Shown here piece after piece: positions 1 through 26,430 of a stretch of 64,000 bases of DNA. Source of the DNA: Balanoglossus misakiensis (lineage: Eukaryota; Animalia; Hemichordata). Made by a program: the position numbers and the translations under genes. The stretch is taken from NCBI GenBank assembly GCA_040954595.2, contig CM082587.2, positions 1,077,500 through 1,141,499 on the forward strand, in the 5' to 3' direction. Position 1 is the first letter of the stretch, and the number at the start of each line of letters is the position of its first letter. The notes below the pieces were generated by a model. It did not search any database and had not been told where the DNA came from. It worked only from the letters and a program-made list of their open reading frames with translations.

Positions 1-2243
1 AATCGAGGATTTTTCGACTTTGCGAATTTTGAAAATTTGGTCATTTTTTGAAAAAACCATGGGTTATAGCTCAGAAATCGTCAAAAATCGAGGATTTTTC
101 GACTTTGCGAATTTTGAAAATTTGGTCATTTTTTGAAAAAACCATGGGTTATAGCTCAGGAAAATCGTCAAAAATCGAGGATTTTTCGACTTTGGGAATT
201 TTGAAAATTTGGTCATTTTTTGAAAAAACCATGGGTTATAGCTCAGGAAAATCGTCAAAAATCGAGATTTTTCGACTTTGCGAATTTTGAAAATTTGGTC
301 ATTTTTTGAAAAAAACCTTGGGTTATAGCTCAGGAAAATCGTCAAAAATCGAGGATTTTTCGACTTTGCGAATTTTGAAAATTTGGTCATTTTTTGAAAA
401 AAACCATGGGTTATAGCTCAGGAAAATCGTCAAAAATCGAGGATTTTTCGACTTTGCGAATTTTGAAAATTTGGTCATTTTTTGAAAAAACCATGGTTAT
501 AGCTCAGGAAAATCGTCAAAAATCGAGGATTTTTCGACTTTGCGAATTTGAAATTTGGTCATTTTTTGAAAAAACCATGGGTTATAGCTCAGGAAAATCG
601 TCAAAAATCGATGATTTTTCGACTTTGCGAATTTTGAAAATTTGGTCATTTTTTGAAAAAACCATGGGTTATAGCTCAGGAAAATCAGTCAAAAATCGAG
701 GATTTTTCGACTTTGCGAATTTGAAAATTTGGTCATTTTTTGAAAAAACCATGGGTTATAGCTCAGGAAAATCGTCAATAATCGAGGATTTTTCGACTTT
801 GCGAATTTTGAAAATTTGGTCATTTTTTGAAAAAACCATGGGTTATAGCTCAGGAAAATCGTCAAAAATCGAGGATTTTTTCGACTTTGCGAATTTGAAA
901 ATTTGGTCATTTTTTGAAAAAACCATGGGTTATAGCTCAGGAAAATCGTCAAAATCGAGGATTTTTCGACTTTGCGAATTTTGAAAATTTGGTCATTTTT
1001 TGAAAAAACCATGGTTATAGCTCAGGAAATCGTCAAAAATCGAGGATTTTTCGACTTTGCGAATTTTGAAATTTGGTCATTTTTTGAAAAAACCATGGGT
1101 TATAGCTCAGGAAAATCGTCAAAAATCGAGGATTTTTCGACTTTGCGAATTTTGAAAATTTGGTCATTTTTTGAAAAAACCATGGGTTATAGCTCAGGAA
1201 AATCGTCAAAAATCGAGGATTTTTCGACTTTGCGAATTTTGAAAATTTGGTCATTTTTTGAAAAAACCATGGGTTAAAGCTCAGGAAAATCGTCAAAAAT
1301 CGAGGATTTTTCGACTTTGCGAATTTTGAAATTGGTCATTTTTTGAAAAAACCATGGGTTATAGCTCAGGAAAATCGTCAAAAATCGAGGATTTTTCGAC
1401 TTTGCGAATTTTGAAAATTTGGTCATTTTTTGAAAAAACCATGGTTTATAGCTCAGGAAAATCGTCAAAAATCGAGGATTTTTCGACTTTGCGAATTTTG
1501 AAAATTTGGTCATTTTTTGAAAAAACCATGGGTTATAGCTCAGGAAAATCGTCAAAAATCGAGGATTTTTCGACTTTGCGAATTTTGAAAATTTGGTCAT
1601 TTTTTGAAAAAACCATGGGTTATAGCTCAGGAAAATCGTCAAAAATCGAGGATTTTTCGACTTTGCGAATTTTGAAAATTTGGTCATTTTTTGAAAAAAC
1701 CATGGGTTATAGCTCAGGAAATCGTCAAAAATCGAGGATTTTTCGACTTTGCGAATTTTGAAAATTTGGTCATTTTTTGAAAAAACCATGGGTTATAGCT
1801 CAGGAAAATCGTCAATAATCGAGGATTTTTCGACTTTGCGAATTTTGAAAATTTGGTCATTTTTTGAAAAAACCATGGGTTAAAGCTCAGGAAAATCGTC
1901 AAAAATCGAGGATTTTTCGACTTTGCGAATTTTGAAAATTTGGTCATTTTTTGAAAAAACCATGGGTTATAGCTCAGGAAAATCGTCAAAAATCGAGGAT
2001 TTTTCGACTTTGCGAATTTTGAAAATTTGGTCATTTTTTGAAAAAACCATGGGTTATAGCTCAGGAAAATCGTCAAAAAATGAGAATTTTTCGACTTTGT
2101 GAAATCTCGAAATTTGGTCGATTTTTGAAAATAATCATGGGTTATAGCTTATGAAAATCATAAAAATCTGACAATTTTTTTCATTTCGTTAATTTTTTTA
2201 AATTTCACAATTTTTTAAAGTTTTCATGGGTTATAGCTCATGA
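1..2243. repeat. 87-bp tandem satellite array (~24 near-identical monomers to ~2080, then ~2 degenerate monomers); truncated by window start
   Basis: The unit aatcgaggatttttcgactttgcgaattttgaaaatttggtcattttttgaaaaaaccatgggttatagctcaggaaaatcgtcaaa recurs head-to-tail. The ORF track shows 29-aa periodicity (87 nt). Variation is mostly 1-bp indels in A/T runs. Confidence 0.98.
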
Positions 2244-3747
2244 AGCAAGTTATGAAAGAAAGACTGCACACAAAACACATAATGAATCTCCCAAATTTTA
2301 TTGACAGTTTCGCATGCAGACAAACAAGAATGGTTTGCCGAAAGCATAACTTTATTGCACCAGTCGATACCTGATAACCAATTGTCACAATGGATTAAGA
2401 ATAAAACGTGGTCACATAATTTAAGTCTCTACTATAACACATCTGAATTTTTTCTTAATGTATTATTTTCCCCCAACAAACCTGGGTTTGTTTTTTACAC
2501 AGTAATCTTGCTCAAACAAATGGGTAGTCTTTATTGTAGCAAAATTACAAGTAATTGTAATTGATCTTGCAAAATTCTCTTTACATAGCATTAGTTTTGT
2601 GTTGAATAGAAGCTTAGAATAACTTCGACATTTTAAAAACAAAATGACATGTTATTTGTGCTGCTTTCTGGTAAATATTGCCGATTTAAACACATGCTAA
2701 AATTAATGTACTCTAAGGAGAAAAATAATACATGTACATAGAAAAAATCCAATGATACAAGTCAACATGCAAAAATTACATGACATATCTTATTTCTTAA
2801 AACTGTACATTACTGTTTCAGATACTCAATTTCATTGTCACATATCTTTGAATATTTACAAAAAATTCTGAATTGCGAAAAATTGCTAGTTTACATCACA
2901 TACCCCAAATTTAATAGTTAAGGTGACGGGAGTTGAACTGGAAACAGAAAGCTGTTAATTTTCGTTCTACATTCTATATTGCCTGTATAATTCTCCATGT
3001 ATTTGCAATTAGCAAAAGAAAATAACCATTTTTAATACAGATGTGTTTTTGCCAGTCTATCCGTGCTTCGAGAGTTGTCATTAAAAAAATGAAAATTGTC
3101 TCTACAGATGACACCTATCCCTGTAATTGTCTGAACTGAAATTCATATCGCCTGACTAACTCACTGAAAAAAGCAACACAGCCAAAAATAAAAGGACTTC
3201 AAAATAGAAAAGGCACCGATTCAAAAATTGCCATAATCTGAAATAAAGTTGAACTACAGAAATATTGTTTTCGATGAACAATATTTGAAGCTATGATAAT
3301 CCATAAATTAAAGTATAATCCCAAATAAAATTTCAGGTTCAGCACTGGTGCATGGCAGACTGAGTAATTGCCATGATAGGATAATTTGTATATAGCATGG
3401 GTATGATGGACATGTTGGCAGAAAGGAAATATGTCTCCATACACCCCTCTGAGGAAAATGGTAACATCCATGACACCACTAGACATTAGATGGTTGGCAC
3501 GAGTCAATCGTTTTCAAGGGGTTACAGATGAACCATGCAATGCCCATGGGTTGAAAGAGTACTGGCCCGCCCTTAAGTATGCAAGGTAACGACAAAAACA
3601 GAGTTCAGTTCTGAAATAAATACATTAGGAAATATACATGAAGGTTTTAAACTTGTTTGTTTCTTATACAACAGTGGCAATGTTCAATAACCTGTTTATG
3701 TTGATAGACATGCTGTTCTCCTGCAAGTTGTTTCTTGATGTTGAACG

Positions 3748-6700
3748 CTACTGGCCGAGTTGATCATTAACTTCCACATCCAGATCCAAATCATCGTCAC
3801 CCCAACCAGCTTCAACCTGGCAAGAGAGATGAGAAAACAGAGATCAAAATATTAAAGTGATTATCATGACATATTTTATTTCAAAACGCAAACAGTCACA
3901 ATAAAATATGATCTATAGCATACACAGCACTGTGCAAATTTATCACATCACAGCCAAGATGCAAGAATGGATGCCACATACATCGTCAAGCATTTTTATC
4001 ACAAAATCAATATACTGTGGAATACTTTATTATCGCTGGAATATATTTTCGCGCAATGGATAAAATCGATACGTCGGCGCGACTTTATTTTCGCGCTGAT
4101 CACTTTACATTGTCATCAGCCAAGGCGCTGTACGCTAATTGAAATTAGACGTTGACAAAGCTAAGTCGTCAAACACAAACATCACAGACTGCCGTTAGGT
4201 GACAAACAATGCGTTTTGGGTGTCAATCAAGTCGGCAAACATTTGATTTTATTGTTTTTAACCAGTTTTAGTTATGGTGTTAATTACAAGATGTCGGTAA
4301 TGACTGTCGGCATGTGAGTGCGTTAGTGCGTGTTCCGTGTCAGATTGACATCGACAAAGCTAAGTCGTCAAACACAAACATCACAGGCTGCTGTTAGGTG
4401 ACAAACAATGCGTTTTGGGTGTCAATCAAGTCGGCAAACATTTGATTTTATTGTTTTTAAACAGTTTTAGTTATGGTGTCAATTACTAGGTGTCGATAAT
4501 GACTGTCGGCATGTGAGTGCGTGAGCGTGAGTGCGTGTTCAGTGTCAGATTGTTTTCCATAGACGTAACATGCAAGTAATCAGTGGTCAAAGGTCACTGC
4601 GTCAGTCGATCTAGCTCATTAATATTCATGTCTATTGTGTTCAAAACATACCACTGGAACAAATTTTCGCGCAAAAATTACCTCCGCGAAAGCAGCCAAA
4701 ATAAATTCCACGCGAACAAAAAGTATTCCACAGTAATTTATTTGTAGCTCATAAACGAAACCATACTTACATCATCTGTGGTTTCCACGGCAGCAAAAGA
4801 GGCAGATAGTTCCGCTTCAATCTCAGCTTCAATTTCTTCTCTTTCTTTTTTCGTTATTTGATGAGTTGGTTCACTGCTCTTCGAAACAGCGGTGGTTTTC
4901 GGTGGTGATTTTGCAGGTTTAGGTTTGCCAGACAGTTCATCCATCCTGACAACATTAGGTTTGACAGTGGGCACCATGTCGGCGAAGAAATCCGGTTCTT
5001 GATCTGGCATCTTGGCTGTGATAGTGGGAATTCCATACTCCTCATTGAGATCCTTTGGTGTGACATTTCTGCCTCCCTCTGTTGTCTCTTTAGGTGAAGA
5101 GGTCTGTGGTGATTTGGGAGACTTGGGACTTTTCACATGAGCAGCAGCTGATGGTGATGACGGAGACACAGTCTTCTCCTCACTTTTGGATCCCATTTTC
5201 AGTTTCAATGCTCCACTTTTTCCCTTTGCCACATTTTGACTCGAAGAGACAGTCTCATCTTTGCTGTCATCCCAACTGGACCAATCACCTTTCTTTTCTC
5301 CCTCCTTCCTTATCTGTTCCTCGGATGCGGTCTCCACGGTAACAGGTTCAGGTTGTTCCATATCTCCCCAGTCAGACCAGCTATCTTCCTCCTCCTGTAA
5401 ATCCTTGGTATCCATGTCTATGTTGCTAGTGTCACTTTGGGTCAAATCACTCTCTTTTTGTATATTTTTGTCCTGATTATCAATTCCTGCTTCTCGCTCC
5501 TCCACTTCCCTCTCTGCCCACCGATCAACAAAACTCTCGTCCTGTAAAACTTCTTTTGCCAAGGTAACTGTAGAAAGAAGTTAAGAACAATTTTGAAGAA
5601 ATTCAGCAGATTTACAGGGGAAAGACTTCACGAAATTGTGCTGAAATTGGAAATCAGCCGGAAAATGTATCTACCTTTTTTCTTCTGTTCCTCTCTTCTC
5701 TTTTCCCGTTCTTTCCGTCTCTCCTCACTTTTCCGCTTCAATTCCTGTCGCCTCTTTTCCCTCTCTTCCTCGATCGACGGATCTAAAGTCTTCTCTTGGT
5801 TACCCTGGTTACCAGCTTCTTTGTTGCTCTGACTACTGACGACTTTGTCACCATGACTTCGACTAGGTCGGGTGAGTTTTGGTAGATTTATCACACCACT
5901 TACGGCAGTGAGGTTCAATACTTTGCTGTCCGAATCAAATAGTTTCTTCTTTTTCTGAAACTGATCAGAAAAACAGTATTATTTTATGGGTGTTCTGTTT
6001 GTGTTACAGCTAATAATCCTATCCTTCTACTCTGCTAAATAGACAGCATTCTGTATTTTAATTTTAGAAAAAAACTAAAATATGATTAAGTGTATCTACC
6101 ATCTTCCACAGAAAGTTTTTTACATTATCAATTACAATGTGCACCATGATTAAATGCAAACACTAGCCCAAAAATAGAATTTAAAATTTGCAAAAGCCCA
6201 CAAACATAATTATAATGCAAATGCTGAACTGTTATAATGAATGATTATTAGAAACACAGTGAAATATAAAGAGAGAAGAATCAAATATATTTGTCAAAAT
6301 AACGATATACATATACCTGTAATTTCGGAGTGAATAGATCACTCAGAAGAGAATGCAGACCTAGCAACTCACAACAGTGTTACAGCAACGTCAGTTGACG
6401 TGGCATATTACAATGTGCAACATTTGGATGTTCATAAAAATAACACACTGCACAGGATTATGCTAAAACTGGACTGGACCATTCATTCAACAGGGGTGTA
6501 CCCAGCACATCGGATTATGCAAAAGAAGTCTGTGATACTGATAGCCTATATTCAACAGTGGATCAGGTTGCCTGGTAACCAGGCAACACAGATGGTGAGA
6601 TTGACTGCCTACTGCGCACAGCTGTGAGGGCATGGCCAAGCGTACACAAATCGACATCGACATCAAATATGACCCCAGAAATTCATGATAAATATGATTA

Positions 6701-9447
6701 TAATTACAGCAACTGGCAGTCTGTGAGATATACAAATGGCCATATTCAGTGTACTGTATATTGTCTTACCTTTGGTCTTCCATCCAGGAAATACTTGTGT
6801 CTCTCTCCGCCCACCACAACTTTTCCTCCCAAAATTGGCACAATGTCCCCCAGAGCTCGCAGACTGGCACCTACAATATCATCATTGGTGTCTCTCAAAC
6901 CCAACAATAACTGAAACAGAATGCATTTTATTAGAATTTCTTGTCTGACAATACATGTACGAAATCCAAATTCTGAAATATGCAAAGACAAATTAGATAG
7001 TCAAACCATTGAGACCTGTGATTTATTTCTTACCTGTGGCATGATGGTTTTCTTCAGCACATCATGTTCCAACAAATTCACATACAATGGAAAGTATTTC
7101 AGTAAGGTTAACCTGACGTGGGTCTCTCGAACTAAGAAAATCTTCTGTACAATTGGAATCACATTCTCCTTGTAGCTTTTAACTGGAAGTATTGGATTTA
7201 TTTCATTTTCTTTAAATATAACATCTTCACTGGGTTCTGAAAGCACACAAAGGAAATGGTATTATTCGTTACTTGCATAGAGATTTGGTTTGTGGGTATC
7301 ATGTATGCAGCCAGTGAATGACTACATGGAAATATTATTGAGCATTTACTGGCAACAAGACAGAACTTGTTGGTCAGCCTGACAATGCAAACACTTACCC
7401 ATATTAGGAGTAAGTAAATGTGGATAGACATATTCGGCTGCTGAAGGTTCCGCCATTACAAATCTCGTCAGAAGCTTCGGCACCAGTCTGTTGGCGACCA
7501 GTTGAGTTGGCAGAGTGAGTAACTTAGCAACCAAACTTTTGAAAAATGCTATCTTCTCTGCTTCTTCTTTGATTGTAATGTTGTTTAAAAATTTGACTAT
7601 TTCAAGAAAACAATTTCTGGAAAATAGAAATGTAGAACATTACATTCTGATATTGAAACATTTGACAAAGCAGGAGTGGTATTTAATGGTGCAATGTTGT
7701 TCCAACTTACTTGAAAAGTTTATCCGAAAGTAACGTGTTTAGTTTTGGTCTGAGAGTTGGTTCTGGGTTGAGGAACCCATCCTCTATCGTCACAGCAAAG
7801 TCTGTTGTCATATCACCTGCAAGGAAGTAAATCATTAGTTTCATGACACGAATCTGTATGCAACATGCACAGGCCATCTCATCTATCAATTTTTATGCAA
7901 TTCATATGACACAGACCACTATGTCATCAACCACCATGTTATCTAACTGTCAATACACAGCTTGACACAAACCATATGGTGTCTGGTCTGACAACAGTTT
8001 ATCAATATTAATTTCAGCTTTTACATCCAGACAGACGAATACTTTGGAAAAAAAATCTTCTCACCCAGCTCTGTCAGATACTCCAGCATTTCTTGAGCAA
8101 GTACACCAAATGCATATGCATCCCTGGCGTGACCATAATCTGGAGATGTGCTACTGATCTTCTTCTCCCGTTCCTCTGGTGGTATGATCTTTGCGTCTCT
8201 CGCAGGAAACATCTGGTCTAAAAACTGACACAATAAAACAGATAAAAGTGTTAAGTCCCTCTTGTCTGACATAAAAGGCCCCCTAAGTGATTTATAAGGA
8301 AATTGGTATTGATAATTGAAAACTTAGGGACTCACCTGTGTAGTTGCTTCATGAAATTTACATAAGTGTTCCATTCCTCCAAGTCTCCAGCCTCCGTCTT
8401 GACTGACATAAATGGAAGACATGCACACATTGTTGTGCGATACACCACCCTAAAAATAAAAGGTGATTTGCAATATATATTTTTGTCTGAACAAAATTAA
8501 GCCTTGCATTCTCACTCTCACACATCATGTGTTAAACAGACATCCATTTCCCTGAGAAATCAGTCCTCATCACAATATCATAAACCACTCACCCTTTCAT
8601 GTAAGAAGCTCAGGGCTTCAATGACATTATACATGCCAGCACATATTTCCTCTGATGTCAACGTATCCAACACTAACTCCAGTGGTTTCACCAGCTCTGT
8701 GATGAGATATGTCCCTTCCACATTGTTACAGGAATCAAAGAATTTCAGAATTGTAGGATGACGTAATATTTTGAGTTGCTGTGAATGTGAAACGGAATGA
8801 CAACATTTAAACTTGATGTATGGAATTTTCCAGTCATCTTGCCTAATCATAAGTTGGGCTGCATATTGATGCGTTAACATTAAGTCATTTATTAATTTAA
8901 TAAACATTGTAAGAAATTGTGAACACTGTGTTATTGATATCAAAGATGACGGGGGGGGGGGGGGGGGGCTATGCGTATTTTACACTGTCCACCTGAATAA
9001 TAAATATCTTCAGACGGTTCGCCGAATCAGACCACAGGAGTAACACATTATGGGAATCCCCATTAACTGATGATGGGTATGCGGTTTAAATTTGCCACAT
9101 CACACGTTTTCCTCCACGTTGACAACACTGTAGCGATAGTATGTACATGTACCCGCATTCGACCAGTGGGAGTAAACAAATGAAATGGCAGGCGGCGACG
9201 GTACTGGTGTTGATTACTTTTGTGTTAACTTGTGGTTGGGCTATTGCGAAACAATAGATCTCACCTTGGCTGCGTTTTCCAGTCTCTTATCAGGTTTCTG
9301 TTCCGTGTTCTCTTTCTTGTGAAAAAACACCGAAACCCGTGATCCGTCATTTCTCTTCGCCGGATGTATTTTCCAATCTTTCATCTGAGATGTTTGTAAG
9401 GGCTCTTCGAGATCACACCCTTGTAAAATGCTAGCTTCTGTACCCAT
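3748..9447 (-). CDS. SCYL3: SCY1-like pseudokinase 3 (PACE-1), ~11 coding exons
   Basis: N-terminus MGTEAS (myristoylation-type); [12 protein letters not shown] pseudokinase segment; HEAT-like region ([40 protein letters not shown]); C-terminal [10 protein letters not shown] and AGWGDDD. Approximate exons: 9265-9447, 8592-8778, 8336-8448, 8066-8224, 7711-7816, 7399-7616, 7034-7236, 6770-6910, 5675-5960, 4771-5568, 3748-3816, with GT-AG ends. Confidence 0.92.
4013..4735. mobile_element. TA-flanked non-autonomous DNA transposon (MITE) with internal tandem duplication, in last SCYL3 intron
   Basis: Terminal inverted repeats tactgtggaatacttt (4013-4028) / aaagtattccacagta (4720-4735), with looser subterminal ttttcgcg motifs. 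There is no transposase ORF. Confidence 0.8.
4154..4551. repeat. two tandem ~199-bp direct repeats inside the MITE
   Basis: gacaaagctaagtcgtcaaacacaaacatcacag... begins at 4154 and again at 4353, and the copies are highly similar. Confidence 0.93.
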
Positions 9448-11424
9448 ATTGCCGTTATTTGGCTATTTCAAATGTAAAGTGTGTTTCTCTTCAAAAGGAG
9501 ACAGAATTTTCAGATAGATCACATATTGATATTTACATCCACGAGTTGGACGTCGACGTCCACCATATTGGAATGAAATCTCGTTCCCGAGAATCACGAT
9601 TTTCATTATATAACTGTGAGGGCGCACGTGCAATTCACGCGTGACTCATTGGCCTGACCGGGATGACCTTCAGAGATTAATTTTCTAGGATTTTCTGGCT
9701 AATAATCGTTGAGAATTTCGTGAATCCAGTTTGTCATGGACATATTTCTCTGGCCTTTTGCTCAGATATAGGCTTTCTATATTGAATGTGAATTGAAGTA
9801 ATTACCTTTTCTAGAAATCTTGCAATAGGTGTACTCAAATAGGACATGAAATCAAATATAGTCTTGTATCATGTATGTAATTTTGGAAGGTGGTTTGCAC
9901 ACATCAGATGGGATCCTGCATGGCCTGATATTTTGAGAGGCTTTCAGATAGAAAGAACAATAAAGAGAGATTTAGGATGAGAGCTTGAATTAAACGGCTG
10001 ACAAGGTTGTTATAGTTATTCTGTGTAAGCAGTCTTTATTTGTAATATTGACAACCTGGAAAATAGACCCTACTTCACAGCAGTTGGATCTCAGAAGGAA
10101 CACTAGATTGGATGATTCCCTTTTTATCTTTCAATAATAAAACACGACTATTGAAATGGCAGCAGACATTTACAATTAGCAAATGTAGTGGTAAAAGGAA
10201 AGAAAGAACGCCAATGTGGGGAAGGTTTTAGTGATCAAAGATGATTTTTAAAAATTTTGCATTTCGTATTTCAGACCGTACAACGTGTCACTTTGCAAAA
10301 GGCAAATTTATTTTTACAAAAGAAAAAAAACATTGCTGTTTTTTTTGTAAGTTTTTAAAGACTCATCAGCCCACATTGAATTTCACATCACACGCACACA
10401 GAGTATTGTAATTTTTCTGGGCGTATGTTCTTTAGTCACAGAAACACGACTGCTAATCAATTTTAGTTACAATTTAATCATCACTTTTGGAAACATATAT
10501 TTCTCCAAAAAAAAGATCGATTTATGTGCACTGAAATGTACAATGAATCCAGTACAAGCAATGAAGCTCTATGGGAGAAGTTAGCCACTGTCCCCTTTTG
10601 TCTACATTGGAACCTCGGATAATACAGAAAAAAAATGGATAATCAAAAGTTACAGCCACAAACAGAGTAAATTTATTATCAATTCTAATACCAGTGTTAT
10701 TTTTAAGTAAAACTGAGTACCATTCTGTAATCATCCTACCACTTGAGAATGCAGTAGTATCTCTGTAAGCTAAACCATACCACCGTATTTTCCCAAGCCA
10801 CTGCACATGTAATTTTTTTTTTCCAGAACAACACATCATGCTACTGGGGCAGAGTAGCAAAACAAACACTGCTCTATAAACTTCAAGAAATTCTTATTTT
10901 GCTTCACACTTCACGTGCAAGTAATCTTCAAGTAGAACAACAGAAGACTCAAATACCTGTGTAGAACAAGATCAATTAAAGTGTAACAGATTAAAGTCGC
11001 AGATCTGTTACACTTTTTTGTGGTTTGAGAAAGATTCATAGTATCAACCAATATTCATCTACACTTCAGGCTTTTTCTTTATCAGAGTGGCACCAGGCTT
11101 TGGCTATGGGGGCAAACATAGCATTTATCAGTGTAAAAACACAAAGCCTTGGTCTCGCACGCCGTCAGAGCGCTAAATTTGGCTGAACTATTTCAAGACT
11201 TGACACTGCAGTCATTCATACCTCAAATCGAGTATCACATTAACAACTCAACCCCTTTTTTCTTGTAAGTGAGGGCTAATTGCAGCCATAACAAACCAAC
11301 AATTCCTACACTACAAATTTTAAAAATTTACTTTCACTCCCCTCTCCTGCAATAATTAACACCCATTCTGATATCTCCTGCACTAAGTAATGTCCAAGGA
11401 ACACTAGTATCAGAGTTCGTTCAT

Positions 11425-23598
<12,174 letters not shown>

Positions 23599-26294
23599 TT
23601 ATTTCTTGTAATTACCCGAGGAACGTGCAAGAGATGTCTGAAATAAACATACAAAAAGAAAAACATCAATTAACAATAGTTTGTGCATAGCAGTTGTCAT
23701 GAAATCAAGGCAAAAAAATCACAAGTGACTAATGTAAATTTTCATTACAATGTATTAAATTTTCTTGCTCCTTGCATTAGTGCATTTAACAGCTCACTGA
23801 TCAAAAATTACAGAGCTACATTTCTGAAAACTAGAAAATGTACATTGATGAGTTTCAATAGTCTATTCAGTGGATTCCACGCAAGTCGTGATGCTCATAG
23901 ATAGCACACTAGAAGACATTTCAAAGAATTTCAAAAGGTTATTCAGTACAGTAGCAGATGAATGATTAAAGGTATTTCTAATCAGTTCTTCACAGATTTC
24001 GCAAGCTCAGACAATTCAAAGGGTTATTCATGTGAAAAAAAGAAACCAATTCAACATTTAAAAGATCTTAATGCAGAAATTGTAGAATAATTTGTGTCCT
24101 AGAGTCCCCCCGGTCCTCTTGTATTACTGACAAAACCTTTCAATGACATTAACAGTATCAAATATTGTAAGATCTTCTTCACATGCGAGTATCTCAAGGT
24201 AATATGAAAAGCGAAGTCCTTGAAAGACCTTCAAAACTGCTGCTCAAGGTTACCATAATAAGTGTGTTCCATCCCACTCTGCACAGGTTCATAACGACAA
24301 TAATGTTTTAGCCGTACAGATAATTTTAATTCATGGGACAAACACATGTAATGCTTCCCTTCACACCAGAGTTCATGATAAGGACTACATTACTATCTCT
24401 TTCCCAGAAAAACCTGATATAGGTCACCCATACAACAAAGTATGAAATAAAGCAATTGCGCAGGCATTTATCAGAAATGGCACACAGAGATTTCAGCACC
24501 ACAGAAACTTGCATATTCAAAGGAATACATTATCTTCTGCACATATTTTAACACCAGAAAATTAAAGAACTGGGTGACAGGCACAAGCATGTCTGAAGGT
24601 CATTTCAATGTCACTTGTACTTAAACCTCCAGAGCCAACATTATTTACTGGAAACTGAATTCAAATATTACCAAATGTTACAATTAAATACCAAAATGAA
24701 TTATGATTCATTTAGTGCCACACCCACCAAAACATTTGGCAAAGCATATACTGTTTCTGTTGAGAAATGCTGTGGTACAAAGAAAGTTAAAAACGAAACT
24801 TTCAGTGTCACGTCAGCTCACGTTTTCACTTCAGTTAAAGTACTCCATTAGAATAGCCCATTTCTAAAACTGTATATCTTCAAAGAAGCAAACATAACAC
24901 AAATAGAATGGATTTTCAATAGCATTCCAGTGAACATTCTTTAGGTTTTCAGTACCTGTCTCACAGTACCTGGTAAACCAGGTGCCTGAGTCAGACTGAA
25001 GGAAAATCAGCATTCCAACTTAAAATGCAGTTGCACTTCAAAATTTAGAATGCAGATTTCAGAACAGAATAACTTTCAGATCTATCTGACGATTACAATC
25101 TTAACAACTTTGTAGTTGTACATTTCTTGAATTGCCATAACCTTTCTAGGTCCAATTGGCTTCATTTAGTTTCAAGGGCACACACTGTCAGCCTCAGCAT
25201 TGTGTGGCCAATTCAATTGGGTGTAGGAGAAAATCAATAAGTTTATTATGTGAACTATCAAGTTTTAAACTGAGTTAACGTCATCAATTTCAATACTACA
25301 GGGGAGCGATCAAAATAGGAAGTGAAAATGCTGAAATATCGTGTTATGTTAATTTCACATCATTGTCACATTTCACATCTTTCAATCATCTGCAAACAGT
25401 ACACACGACCAACGTGAATAATTACAGAAAATTACAGAATGTCACAATGAGATCCACATTGGTAGATATGGTAATGATAGTAGCGATGAAAACAATTTCG
25501 GTCCCCTGATCAAATATTTGACACACATACGCAGTACCATTCGCGCGATGCGATGCAGTGCAGAGACCGTCCACCCACACTCGTACCTCCAGTTAAAAAG
25601 TGACAACAAAATGCCAACATAGGGCCAAGACGTATGTATGTGATGCACCTTCACATATTTCATAAGATGTAATTTTCTTTGCATGATAGAAAAAAAATCC
25701 ACAAAAATAATTACATCAACGCGAGACGTCGCCATTTTGAATTAAATATCCAGAATGACGTCCGATGCGGGACTGGTTCACGCGATCCCGGTACGGGTGC
25801 AATATTACAATGACCGGGCGGATAAAATGGTTCGCACAATTTCCCCTCCATACACAAATATAACTTCTTGATTACAAGTGCAAAATAATAATCAAGTATT
25901 AAGCTTACAATGACAAAAATCGGATGTAAACAGTGGGTATGATAACCTAATGATATGAAATCGTGGCGCCCAATGACAAGGGAAGCTGCGCTTGGTAACG
26001 ATCAACTGTGTATGTCGTAATGTCGTCTTTTAATTGTAAATACGTAAAACTAACAGTAATTTTTGTCGAACTATGTTATGGCAAGTATAGCGAACTAGTA
26101 CATAATGATAAATACGAGGTAAGGCAGTTGATCACAGCTACACGATTAAACTTGCGACGAAATAAATCGCTTCGATCGACTACAAAATATGCAAAAACGG
26201 CTTCCGTCGACGACGAACAAAGAACGCAGGTCACTGAATTAAGGCTCATTTTACGCCAACTACTACATATTTCACGAATAAAAATAAAACTTAC

Positions 26295-26430
26295 CCTTGC
26301 CCGTTCTTATGGGTTATATCCACAGAACAATTAGAATGTCCCAAAGGAAAAAATATGTAGGATGGCGACGGATTTCACGATCAATACAACTAACTGAACG
26401 ATTCAAATAAAGATGGCGTACAACGACAGC
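26295..26430 (-). other. probable non-coding first exon of PRRC2
   Basis: A minus-strand donor GTAAGT lies at 26294. CpG-rich context with GCCATC/YY1-type motifs at ~26361 and ~26410. Acceptor at ~23638, upstream of the ATG. The 5' end is approximate. Confidence 0.55.

Noticed and set aside
48-2076. Repetitive ORFs on both strands (MGYSSGKSSKIEDFSTLRILKIWSFFEKT etc.)
   Set aside because: They are a by-product of an 87-bp (3n) monomer. Frequent 1-bp indels break the frames, and there is no gene structure.
1-2080. CRISPR array
   Set aside because: There are no unique spacers, no cas genes, and the context is eukaryotic.
6317-6360. Possible SCYL3 micro-exon (donor at 6316)
   Set aside because: The available AG acceptors give a stop or a frameshift, so it is unsupported without RNA data.
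8951-8968. G18 run (and C-run at ~33333)
   Set aside because: These are simple homopolymers of uncertain length with no evidence of function.
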